Shown: positions 1 to 37,966 of the stretch, one piece after another | Numbering within the stretch: position 1 is the stretch's first letter | Layout of the letters: each line of letters starts with the position of its first letter | Source of the DNA: Tubiluchus corallicola | Taxonomy: Eukaryota; Animalia; Priapulida | DNA length: 64,000 bases | Assembly (NCBI GenBank): GCA_030141605.1 | Contig: JAQGDQ010000511.1 | Location: 1-64,000, forward strand | Direction of reading: 5' to 3' | Translations under genes and position numbers: made by a program | Notes under the pieces: generated by a model | Database searches by the model: none | Seen by the model: the letters and a program-made list of their open reading frames with translations, nothing else | Told to the model about the DNA's origin: nothing

Positions 1-1066
1 TACTTGTTCGAAAATCTTTCAATCTCAATTCTGAATTCGGTTCGAATTTGAAACACTTGCAACACACCACCCGCACTGCCCCACACCACCCACACAATAG
101 TGTAACACAACACCATGCCACTCACACTATTGCACAACACCAACAACTCAACACTCAACACCAAACCACCTACACCCCTTCACATTATCCACACTACACC
201 ACACGTGCCAGACCACACTACGCAACTACCCAAGGTCCGACTCACAACACACCATCCACATCACACATCCACATTACAACATACCTTTGACATCACACCA
301 TAATACCACAGCACACCACACTCAAAATGCTGCATCAACGTAACCACTCTTACACCACCCAACACACCCCACCACATTTTTCTTTGCTCTCAGCAATTTG
401 TCCATGCTCAAGATCAGTAACAGAACCCGGATCTTAGAATTCTGCATTTAAAAGGTCTTTTGTTCGCATCGCTGAGAACTTAAAACTTTCTCTGTCTTAT
501 CCAAACAGCAATTATTTTTATGCGGTCTCGCCCTTTAATTTAGTAAAAAGGAAAACTAGTTTCTATCCCTGTGTTTGCGTTCAACATACTTTCTAGAGCT
601 TTCAAATCTGAAAAGGCATTGTATTCCTTTCAATCTTAACAAAACATCTTATTGTGTCTCTCCCAGGGCGTTAGTCATTATTTCAAGCAGCAGAAATAAT
701 AGAACACACCCCTGCTTTGCTAAAGGAAATTTGAACATAGAAACAAGTGCATTAACTCTCGTGGATTACCGGTCAACTGGTTTACATGTTGTATTTTTCT
801 GCTCCATAAAACTTTGATGTATTTATCCACTTCATTTTTATTATATTTGACGTTTGTGTTGTCCAAATTACCGACCGTCAACGTATCATTACGGCCAAGC
901 ATGAAGTGATCGCGACTTTAAAGTGATTTTACTAATCACACGAGGCTCTTATTGCTGTTTTATTACAAAATCTTTCTAAGATTTTTCGCGAACAGAGACA
1001 TAAGCCTAACCTCCTAGAAACCTTGATCTTTCTTTTAACTATTATTAAAACTCAAAACTTACTTAA

Positions 1067-1767
1067 AGTACAAGAGAATCCTTCATAAACATAAAGCTTG
1101 AAAAATTGGTTTTGAAATCACTTACATACTGCCTTTTTGCGTGCAGGACTTCAATCGGCAGTCACGCTGTATAAAACATGTAAATTTAAACTCCCGCGAT
1201 GATCGTTAGACGCAGCCATTTTCAGGACTGGTCGTTTGATACAAGTTTAGATAACATTTTGTAAAGTTTGAAAAAATAATCAGAGCATTCGTAGCGCACA
1301 AGTCACTAACTAAATAAAATTTAAAATTACTATATCTTGTCGATAAGATTAAAAATACGTTTTTTGGTTAGTGAGTGGTGCACCCTGGAGGGTGAGTCAG
1401 CGACATTTTACCAATTGGTGAAAACATTTTAAATTATTAATAATTTTCTTTTCTAGTTACATAACTAGAAAGTTACATAACTAGTTACATAACATAAGTC
1501 TTTCTAGCAGGTAAGCGAAAATCTAAGTAATATAGATTTGCACGGAGAGTCTTTTGAGACATAATTTAACATTTCCTTTTCTTCCCTTGATTTACGTTTG
1601 ACATAATCTGCATGACGTCATGTAATGGCGACTTCGGAACAGCATTGCGGGAGATTTAAAATGAAAACAAACTAAAATTCCTTTCAGTGCGAGTAACATG
1701 TACGCATAGAATTACTATAAGGTACGATTTTTCTGAAACCTACTTCAGGTACCCCTTTTCTTGTCCT
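1067..1767 (-). mobile_element. Non-autonomous TTAA-flanked DNA transposon, family A (Kolobok-like), copy 1
   Basis: TTAA at 1063-1066 and 1768-1771; AG...CT termini with AG(G/T)ACAAGA TIR; homologous to 8402-9098 and 35743-36416. Confidence 0.85.
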
Positions 1768-1861
1768 TTAAATCACTGATAAACCTTGTTGTGAGTTTCT
1801 TTTAACGTTTTTAAAACAAACTGTGCTGCAAGTTTTTTCTTTCTGTGTCCACATTTTTATA

Positions 1862-1925
1862 GTCACTCGATGGTCTAGTGCTGCGGCTTTGGTCTAGAGG
1901 TGCCCAGTTCGAGCCCCACTCACAC
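1862..1925 (+). other. tRNA-derived SINE head or degenerate tRNA pseudogene
   Basis: A-box-like tggtctagtgc and B-box gttcgagcc at Pol III spacing; no full cloverleaf. Confidence 0.35.
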
Positions 1926-2593
1926 AATATTTTTTCGATTTTTTCAACCTTCTGTCCAATCACATTCAACATCAATGACTGGGATCTATTGTGTTTTCTT
2001 TTTTATTCGTTTATTTATTCGTTCGTTTATCGGTTCCTTCATTCAATTTTCCTTTTACGTCCCTTAAACATCATTTATTCGTTTTCCAGTCATTTATTCA
2101 TTCATTCAGTCAGTCAGTCAGTCATTCATTCATTCAATCTTCCTTCTAGGATTTCCAGAGAGACGTTCAAACCACATTATGTCACATCCCGTGCCACTGA
2201 TTGGACAGCACTCGTTAACAAAGCGACCAATAGGGATAAACCAGCACGCCCACGCGAGAATGATAACCGTTCGCTCTTCTTCTTCTTCTTTTTCTGCATC
2301 GGAAACATCAAACGGCGCGCATATTTAGAATTATCCAGGATCCTGTCTTTGTCACCGCGGCGTGTGAAAAAACGTCTTGAATTACCGGATTAGAGCGGCG
2401 ATTATATTCTCATAAATCGAATTTAGTGGCGGATTCACAACAAGGGTGTCTACAAACTCGCCATCAGAGGGGGGTATCCGTTTTACGAACATGGCACAAT
2501 GCTTCTAATTAACAACTATGTTGAAATGAACGTTCTTCTGTCAATTGTGAAAATTTTAGCAGCACTGCGACGTACTTTTTCAATGTTTTTCTT

Positions 2594-2861
2594 AATTCTT
2601 GCAGCCTCCGTTTTCACAATCAAACATCCGCTTATTATTAGTGATAGCGAAGATTATTCTTGTCAAATCTGAAAAGAGAGGAGGATTTGTCGAATGAAAA
2701 TAAGAAAGAAGGGAGAATGCAAAGGAAGAGAGACGGAAAGAGAAGAAAGAGAGAGAGGGCGAGAGAGGAGAGAGAAAGAAACATAGAGAGAGAGGGCGAG
2801 AGAGGAGAGAAAAGGAAAGAGAGAGAGAGAAAGAGAAAGAGGGCGAAAGAGGAGAGAGAAC

Positions 2862-2904
<43 letters not shown>

Positions 2905-3264
2905 AGAGAGAGAGAGAGGAGAGAGAACGAAAGAGAGAGAGAAAAAGAAAGAGAGAGCGAGAGAGAGAGAAAGAGAAAGAGAGCGATAGAGGAGAGAGAA
3001 CGAAAGAGAGAGAGAGGAGAAGGAAAGAAAGAAAGAAAGAGAAAGAGAAAGAGTGCGAGAAAGGAGAGAGAACGAAAGAGAGAGGAGAGAGAAAGAAAGA
3101 AAGAGAGAGAAAGAGAGAGAGAAAACGAAATTCTTGCAGCCTCCGTTTCCACAATCAAACATCCGCTGATTATTAGTGATAGCGAAGATTATTCTTGTCA
3201 AATCTGAAAAGAGAGGCGGATTTGTCGAATGAAAAGAAGAAAGAAGGGAGAATGCAAAGGAAGA
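2594..3264. repeat. ~130-bp direct repeat (2594-2728, 3129-3264) flanking a degenerate (GA)n tract
   Basis: Both copies start aattcttgcagcctccgttt and end gggagaatgcaaaggaaga. Confidence 0.9.
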
Positions 3265-3594
3265 CATTGCAGAGCGAGTTTAGTAACCACAAAATTGCGT
3301 ATAAAAGAGCAGCAGTTTACTGAGAAGTTTTTGTTAGTTACTTAGTTGGTTGGTTGGTTGGTTGGTTGGTTGGTTGGTTGGTTAGTTGATTGGCTAGTTA
3401 ATTAGTTAGTTAGTTAGTTGGTATGTTGGTCGGTTGGTTGGTTAGTTGCTTGCTTGTTTCTTTGATAAGTTTTCGTTCTTTCTTTCTGTTTCTGATTATT
3501 TCATCAATCTTTCAATATATTTTTAATTCTTTTGTTTCCCTTCTATTTTTTTCATCTGGCGTTTAATTTTTTTCTTTCATTTGTTCGTTCTTCC

Positions 3595-5495
<1,901 letters not shown>

Positions 5496-6224
5496 GGAAA
5501 ATCAGTGTACAGTGCATACTATAACTTATTTATGCACCTTTGTGTACAGTAACGCTTGCACGTAAATCCCATGAACAATTTTTAACTCTAATTTTTAGCA
5601 CAGCTATGAATAAATCTTGCACAAATAATTTTCTCTTTCTTGAATTACCATTCTGCTTCAAATATGTAGTTTTACAACGGCTGAATCGCAGTTCATTTGT
5701 TTTATTATTTATTATGAATTCAATGATCTAAACTTATTTTTATTTTTGCTTTGGCTCTTTTGCACTCCCGTACACCTGCTATACCATCTATAGACTCTGA
5801 CGAAACGTCTGTTCGCAGTCTTTTCAAGGGCCAGCTAAAATAAACATTTTAAACCGGAATAATTCGTCACTGAATGGACTTTTCGGGATTGCCCGTATAG
5901 TTGAAACTCTCCTTAATCTCTTTCCTAAGCTTAGTTTTGGCTGTTGTTGTTTTTGTTTGATTGTATAATTATCTCAGACGCAGCAGGTGCGTCAGGTACT
6001 GCTGGGGTTTGACTACATTGATTAATTTGGATAATATGTAGAGATTGTTGCGAGTATTGTCTTCATCTAAAGTCTTCAATATTCATTCAGTGTTTTAAAC
6101 TTATTGAGTTTTCTGAAACATTAATCAGCACTTTTAAATTTATACGAAGAAAATTTATTTGTTTGTATACATTTCCCGTAGTTACTATTATCGTTGTCGA
6201 GGTGGAGGTGATAGTGATCGACGT

Positions 6225-6822
<598 letters not shown>

Positions 6823-7171
6823 CTACCATTAAAAAACAATTAAAGACACTGATTTTTTTCATTAATATAATTTTATTCATAAAGGTTTAAATCTATTTGA
6901 CACGTACGTTTCAATACAACAACAAAACGGCTCAGAACACCGAATGCAAAACACCAAAATGAACCATTGAAATATTTATTCACAACAAAAATCAGTAAGT
7001 GTTTGAATGTTTTTCAGAAAGAGTTTGAATGTTTAGCACGAGTGTTTTAAATTTAAAATTTCCTCAGTTTAGAAGCAAAAAAACGTTAAAATTCATGTCT
7101 AAATGAAATTCTAAAAAAAGCAAAACTTGCAAGACTCCAGTAAATCTTTTCACAGTTTGATAAAAATGTTA

Positions 7172-7417
7172 CGCCACGTTCAGACTATTGAGTTTTCTAT
7201 CGCGATTTGAACCGGTTTGTGAGTTACTACCGGCAAGTTATTGTTGAGTTACTGCCTAGTGTGAACGACTCGACGAATTACTCTCGACATTGCTCGCAGC
7301 AAACAGAGGAGTCAGCGTCAGCTCGCGCTCACTGTTGGAGAGTAACTCAATTTGCTCTCTAGTCTGAACACGCTTGTGAGTTACTCAACGAGAAAACTCG
7401 CTAGTCTGAATGAGCCT
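7172..7417. mobile_element. Palindromic MITE, family C (partial relatives at ~11203-11320 and ~54410-54575)
   Basis: Inverted ends ttcagacta..gagttttct / agaaaactc..tagtctgaa; internal gagttact repeats shared with the other copies. Confidence 0.6.
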
Positions 7418-7917
7418 TTAGTTAAACGAAAAACAAGACACAACACATTTAAAAATACTATAGGAGACAATATTGATAATTATATATAATCTCAGAATTG
7501 CAAAACAAAACATCTATCATTTTATGGAATTTTAATACAATACATATTTAATAATTACCACAGCAGACCGGTATATCACATTTAATAATTTCACACACTA
7601 AAGAAAATGTAAATTAAAATAAAATTATAATAAAAATTTAAAAAGTGAAATGAATTTTGAGAATTAAGTGCTGGTGCCTTCATGTAAATATTACTAATAA
7701 GAATAAACATTATGCTACGTCATTGCTGTACAATAATCTGTGCCTGAGCTAGTGAAAGTTAATGAAATTTTAATAGAAAATGTTAAAATAATAGTAGTAA
7801 TAATAATAATAATAATAATAATAATTAAAATTTAAACAAATTATATAGGCTATTATCACGAGTGCAAAGAAAATTCAAAACTACCACATCTTTGTCGTAA
7901 ATTCTCGGTAATTTCCG

Positions 7918-31508
<23,591 letters not shown>

Positions 31509-31635
31509 TCTTCCACACTCCAGAATCAAAATTATTTTTTCTGCAATTAAAAATTAAAAATAAACTTTTTACACTTCGGTGTCTAGAAGAGAACATCTGA
31601 CTACCAGCTAGGAAAAGAGGTACGATCCTTAAAAA

Positions 31636-32388
31636 TCTTAGCAAGAATGATTTAACAATCTTAGCAAGAATGATTGAGCAATCATAGCAAGAATGATTTA
31701 GCAATCTTAGCAAGAATGATTTAGCAATCTTAGCAAGAATGATTTAGCAATCTTAGCAAGAATGATTTAGCAATTATAGCAAGAATGATTTAACAATCTT
31801 AGCAAGAATGATTTAGCAATCACAGCAAGAATGGTTTAGCAATCTTAGCAAGAATGATTTAGCAATCTTAGCAAGAATGATTTAGCAATCTTAGCAAAAA
31901 TTATTTAGCAATCTTAGCAAGAATGATTTAGCCATCTTAGCAAGAATGATTTAGCAATCTTAGCAAGAATGATTTAGCCATCTTAGCAAGAATGATTTAG
32001 CAATCTTAGCAAGAATGATTTAGCAATCTTAGCCAGAATAATTAAGCAATCTTAGCAAGAATGATTAAGCAATCTTAGCAAGAATGATTTAGCAATCTTA
32101 GCAAGAATGATTTGGCAATCTTAGCCAGAATGATTTAGCAATCTTAGCAAGAATGATTTAGCAATCTTAGCCAGAATGATTAAGCAATCTTAGCAAGAAT
32201 GATTAAGCAATCTTAGCAAGAATGATTTAGCAATCTTAGCAAGAATGATTTGGCAATCTTAGCAAGAATGATTTAGCACTCTTAGCAAGAATGATTTAAC
32301 AATCTTAGCAAGAATGATTTAGCCATCTTAGCAAGAATGATTTAGCCATTTAGCCAATCTTAGCAAGAATGATTTAGCAATCTTAGCA
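31636..32388. repeat. 23-bp minisatellite, about 32 copies
   Basis: Unit cttagcaagaatgatttagcaat. Confidence 0.97.
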
Positions 32389-32534
32389 TAGAAGTGAAAC
32401 TCGCTCAGTCCAGAAGTGAAATAGATGGTAGGTAGAACTCAAGTTTATAATTAAACTACATAGTTTGAGCGATTCATACTCGCTGAAGAATTTTATGTAT
32501 AAATATATTTTTAGTACAATCTAGTACTACACTT

Positions 32535-32868
32535 TTTTTCCTGCATACGTAGGAAAGCTGTGTTTAGTCTCAGTAGCAGGCTGTTTTTTACTCTGTATAC
32601 TATGTTATTATTAACTTGCTGTACAATACTGATACAATTTTTAGATCAAACATTTTTAAGTCATGGCAAAGAATTTTATTTATCCGTTCTAATTAACCCT
32701 TTCTTGTATATAAGCTTACTATGTTTCTGTAAACTAACTCCGTGTTTTACCTGTGCCTTATTTTTATTGTTCTATGGACTGTAAATGTCTGAAATAAAAT
32801 AAAATAAAATAAATAATAATAATAATAATAAAATAAATAAATAAATAATAATAATAATAATAATAATA
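32535..32868 (+). mobile_element. Second copy of that retroelement-like 3' end (one unit plus tail plus (AAT)n)
   Basis: Collinear with 21160-21432. Confidence 0.65.
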
Positions 32869-34734
32869 CTCTGTACAATTATTATTATTATTATTATTAT
32901 GTGTTTATTTCGTATAAAAATATACAGTTTACAAAGATAAAGATGTTAGTAAAACAGGTAATGCGATATTAGTAAAGTAACACATCTACAGACATTCAAC
33001 TTTATAATAACCACACATTGTAGTTCCCTTGTAATTATATTACATTATACAGTGTTGTAAGGAGCTATAATATATATCTTAAAACATAATCTTTAAATGA
33101 GTTCTTAACCTTTAATTTTACATTTTCGTTTAGATCTACAGTACAACCATATTTAAATCTTAAATTTACTCGACTGTTATTTACATAATAGCATAGCTTT
33201 GGAATTCTCAATTGCAAGAGTTTACAATTTTTCTCACAAAGTTTAATTTTCGACTATCAATTATCTATTCACTTATCTATTCATTCATTTATTAATAATT
33301 TCATCCACGGATTCAGTACAATATCAGATTAAACGTGTCTCGTTATTGCATTTCATTTAATAATTACAAGATCAGCGGCATCTAATTATTCAATCCATTA
33401 TTAAAACTTCAACATTATTTAGAACCTGAACTGAATTACAATGTTGTGTTGAAGAGGAAACTCACGCGATTGTAAAAACCCTTAATGAAAAGTGCTTTTA
33501 CATCCGACCTTATCTGCTATTCGTGAGCTCTGTAAGGTAGCATTGGCTTAAGTTTGCTAGATAATTGTATTTCGCTAGAGATCCCTTGATAATGAGTTCG
33601 GTTCCAAGCTATTGGCAGTATTTGCACTCGCAGTACAAAGCCGGGCTACATTTTGTGAAAAATGCCCAAAAACTTCTACAATAAAAGAGACGGTTTTTCT
33701 CCAATAATCGGGTATTATGCGGCGAACTGTGGCTGAGAGCCGAAACGCTAACACGGCAGATAATTATAAATAATTTCCTTCAAAGCACTATTGATGCTTA
33801 ACAGATTAAACTACCAGACGCCGCTAATCGACAGACGCAAAACGCGAATTTCAACTTCGATTTTTCTGCATAAATTTAACCTGATTACCGCGCAATGATT
33901 TCCGATTAGTTCGAGTCGTGAGACGGTTAAAATTCAACGCCAGGCAAATTAAAAATTGCGTTTCGAAATTGATATGGTTTAGATGCGCCTGGGTGCAACC
34001 ACGGCCATGTTTGCCTACGTAATAGGCCCTTATGATCGTCTGCAAATTTCGTTGAGAACGAAAACGCCTGGTCTGTTTACTCAACTCTTATTACTAACAC
34101 TGAGATAATGAATAATTATATACTAGCAGAAGGATCTACGCATAAATTAACAGGCATAAAGAGACAAATGAAGGATCAACGTCAACAAAATGGCGGATTG
34201 GCACGCCGTGAGCCAAAACGCAAACTTGAACTAAACCACGAAGAGGGAAGTCGTGTGATTTCGTACCTCGATTCTGTGTTAGATAAAATCCACCATACAA
34301 AACAGAGAAAGGTAACAAAGTGCTTTGTGGCAAGCCAATGGAATCATTAGAAGATAAGGCTCTCGAGGACTCAATTACATTCGCTAAAGCGCTAAATAAC
34401 ACAGCGCTGCATCCAATGGTAATTTCATTGTATTAGAAATGCAAAAAAATAGATACTGATTTCATGCTTTTTCGCTTTAATGAGTTTGACCACCCCTAAA
34501 CGACGCGATGGTTGGTTTCGTGAGTGGAGAAATAGGCCCTATTGGTTTTACAAAATAGGTGTCAAGAAACGCATGCAGTCAACTGCGCAAATTGGGGCTT
34601 CCAAATAGGCCCTCATCAAATTCTGCAATACAGATCTTAATGCAAAGCCGCACCCAATCTTAAACTGTAGGTCAAAAGAACCTATTCCTCAAAATATTCA
34701 AAGTAAACGTGCTGTTTTTTAAATAACGCCTTGC

Positions 34735-35252
34735 GTGAAAGAATTATTACCACACAAACGCAATTTCACGTTCACGCCACTAGTTATTCGCTGTTACATG
34801 TATTTCACCATTTGCTAGTTAGATGGGCACTAGCGCCTGCATTTCGAAAACGCATTGCACAAAAAGGTGCTGTACCTCTCAATTCAAATGTGTTACTTTG
34901 TGACGAATTGCACACGTTCGACAGCTCATGTGTGAGCACAGCAGTAAATTTGAAATTTGAATTTTTATCTTTAAACTTGCCAAGTTTTAGTACAACACAC
35001 TGAATATCTTACAGTAACACCGCACTTCAATTTTGACTTTCGCAAACATGTGCAAAACGCTCGTGGAATATTTTTGCTGTTGAAAATTACGTTAGTTTGT
35101 GATGTCATCAATAGTTAGGCTCGCCCTTATTTGAAATGTTAGTCTATTACTTAACTGTCAGAAACACTTCTGCAGCATTATTTGTGTTAAAATGTATACT
35201 TTTTACCATACTTGAAAATGAGGTAGTATATGAAAACTCATTCTATCTTCCT
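34735..35252 (-). mobile_element. Family B copy
   Basis: Reverse complement of the family B core; ends CATTCTATCTTCCT|TTAA. Confidence 0.75.
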
Positions 35253-35256
35253 TTAA

Positions 35257-35600
35257 CCCTTTCATACCCGTTGTATCCCGTGGGATACGAGAATATTTTC
35301 TGCCTTTAAAATTAATAAAATTTTAAAACTTACATTTATTTGATCTGTTAATAGTTATTTTGATTTAAGCCAATAACAATAGTCTAAAAATAGCGATAAA
35401 ATGGCAAACTAGAAAATCTACATAGCATAAAAAAACTGCACAAGGTACAGTACTTTAGAGACGACTTTGTACAGATCAACATAGCATGCATACTAAATGT
35501 CTTAAATACTTTAAAAAATTATCAGCAGTTGCAAAATGAAGCACATTTTATGCTTCCATTGAATCCCAATGTATCCCGTGGGATACAGGCTATATTTAGC
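35257..35600. mobile_element. piggyBac-like terminal fragment
   Basis: TTAA|CCCTTTC start with the palindrome-like gtatcccgtgggatac repeated at ~35273 and ~35571. The other terminus was not found. Confidence 0.45.
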
Positions 35601-35742
35601 ACGCGGGCACAGGTAGAAAAAAATTATTATGTGTAACCACATAAAATTTCAAAACGATTTTTAAGAAAAATAAAGAATTATTTATCGATTATTCACTATT
35701 TATTTTTTCCTGTGAGCAGGCACAACTGGTCATACGTATTAA

Positions 35743-36416
35743 AGGACAAGAAAAGGGGCACCTAAAGTAGGTATAAGAAAAATCACCTGAAAAAATTACA
35801 TTACTTTACAGCAATTTTATGCGTATATTGTACTCGCGTTCAAAGGATTTTTAGTTTGTTTTCATTTTAAATCTCCCTCAATACTGTTCCCACGGCGCCA
35901 TTACATGACGTCACCTACGCAAAAGTAAATTAGGGGAAGAAAAGGAAATGTTAAACTATGTCCCAAAAAACTCTCCACGCAAATCTATATTAATTAGCAT
36001 TTCGTTTACCTGCTGAAAAGACTTACGTAATTAGAAATAATAATTTAAAATGTTTTCACCAATTGGTAAAATGTCGATAGCTCACAATCCAGGGAGAACC
36101 ACTCGCTAGCTAAAATACGTATTTTTAATCGTATTCACAAGATACAGTAATTTAAAATTTTACTTGGTTAACCACGTGTCCGCTAAGAATGCTCTGATTA
36201 TTTTCTTCAAACTTTACTCAATGTTATCTAAACTTGTTTCAAACGACCTTCTATCAAAATGGCTGCGTCCAACGGACATCGCGCAGTTCAAATTACATGT
36301 TTTACACTGCGTTGCAGCCGACGCAAGCACTGTATACAAAAAAGCATTATGTAAGTGGCATAAAATTTCAAGACGAATTTTCTAAGCTTTATGTGATTGG
36401 AGGGTTTTCTTGTGAT
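35743..36416 (+). mobile_element. Family A Kolobok-like element, copy 3
   Basis: TTAA|AGGACAAGAAAA ... TTTTCTTGTGAT|TTAA; collinear with copy 2. Confidence 0.88.
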
Positions 36417-37056
36417 TTAAGCTTTCAAAACCAGCATTTTGCTGGGAAACGCATTTCAAACACTGATTATGTAAAAACTAACTACACTACAGAAATAACG
36501 AAATTAGTCCCCCTTCGTTACTACGATATTATAATACCCCGTCTCCACAATTATTTCATAAGTCATAAGTCATTTATTTCACCTTACACATTTACAATGG
36601 TTACATATACAATATCTAGTGAAAGGGCCTACAATGGATATAATACAAATAAGAAATACTGCACAGGAAAAGCCTCAAACACTGTTCACCTATACACGAA
36701 GGTAAATGTGTTGCGGGCAATCAAAAAGCAGGGCTTGTTAGATTGTCCCACACAGTGATAGAAAAAAAAGTAATGAAAATAATCTGAAAATTTAAAGTGA
36801 ATCGTGATAAAAAAACATTAGTGCTTAAAATGGAATGATGTGATGAATATAGCAAATGATGCGCAGTCTATTGTTGACGATTGCAATTGTGAAATATTCT
36901 AAAATAAGTTTATCTTCGCCTAATGTGTTTATGCCTGCAATTCTAGTAATAATAATTAAGTGAGTAAAATGTTATAAAAATGATTCATTGCACACGACGT
37001 TTCGCTGAGAAGCTATCATGGCAAACGAAAAATACAGTATTCAATAAACATTTGAC

Positions 37057-37062
37057 TTTATT
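37057..37062 (-). promoter_or_regulatory. Candidate poly(A) signal of the Cys-rich gene
   Basis: AATAAA on the minus strand about 860 nt after the stop codon. Confidence 0.35.
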
Positions 37063-37444
37063 ACATAAATTTTGCAATAACTTTTCTACTTTAAAACTAA
37101 AATGGCGTCATTTTTATGTTTCACTGTACGAAACAATCTCTTGCATAAAAATATATACGGTTTTTACTGATGGCATTCTTATACTTGACACAAAACGAAT
37201 TAACTCATTATATAGGTCTACTCTCACTCAAGTGAGTAAATCATACACTCAAAGAAAACATTGATTCTTAACAATTTACTCTTTCACTTGCGCTACCATA
37301 ATTATAAATAGATTAAAAAACACTGAAAACATTAAGTCTTCAAACACAAGACATGGTATTACACAACACCACCATAATATAAGCACTTTGTATTCCATAA
37401 ACTGCTTTCTTGTACGGAATGCCATGCGTTTAACATCATGGATC

Positions 37445-37966
37445 TTGGACTAACACATATGACAGATGTAACAGGAGTAGCTAATAGATATCTAATAGAT
37501 TGTATCTAACAGATATTTAATATAGTATGAATCTCTATATCGTTTTCTGATATTTATATATCTACCAACAAACATGTGAAGATCTCAAAAAACATCTGAT
37601 AACCTTGTTTCCATTTGGACTAACACATATAACAGATGTAACAGGAGTAGCTAATAGATATCTAATAGACTATATCTGACTGATATTTAATAGACTATCA
37701 ATTTCTATATCGTTTTCTGATACATTTCTGAAATTTATATATCTACCAACTAACAAGTGACGATCTCAAAAAACATCTGATAACCTTGTCTCCATTTGGA
37801 CTAACACATATAACAGATGTAACAGGAGTAGCTAATAGATATCTAATAGACTATATCTAACAGATATTTAATATACTATGAATTTCTATATCGTTTTATG
37901 ATATTTATATATCTACCAACTAACAAGTGAAGATCTCAAAAAACATCTGATAACCTTGTTTCCATT
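37445..37966. repeat. Triplicated ~170-180-bp unit spanning the stop codon of the Cys-rich gene
   Basis: Three copies of ttggactaacacatat...catctgataaccttgtttccatt. Confidence 0.95.

Noticed and set aside
48-380. His/Thr-rich ORFs at the window start
   Set aside because: Degenerate CAC/CA low-complexity DNA.
33400-34620. Candidate Dmbx promoter or non-coding first exon (CCAAT and GATTA clusters)
   Set aside because: Plausible location, but no TSS or donor can be fixed from sequence alone.
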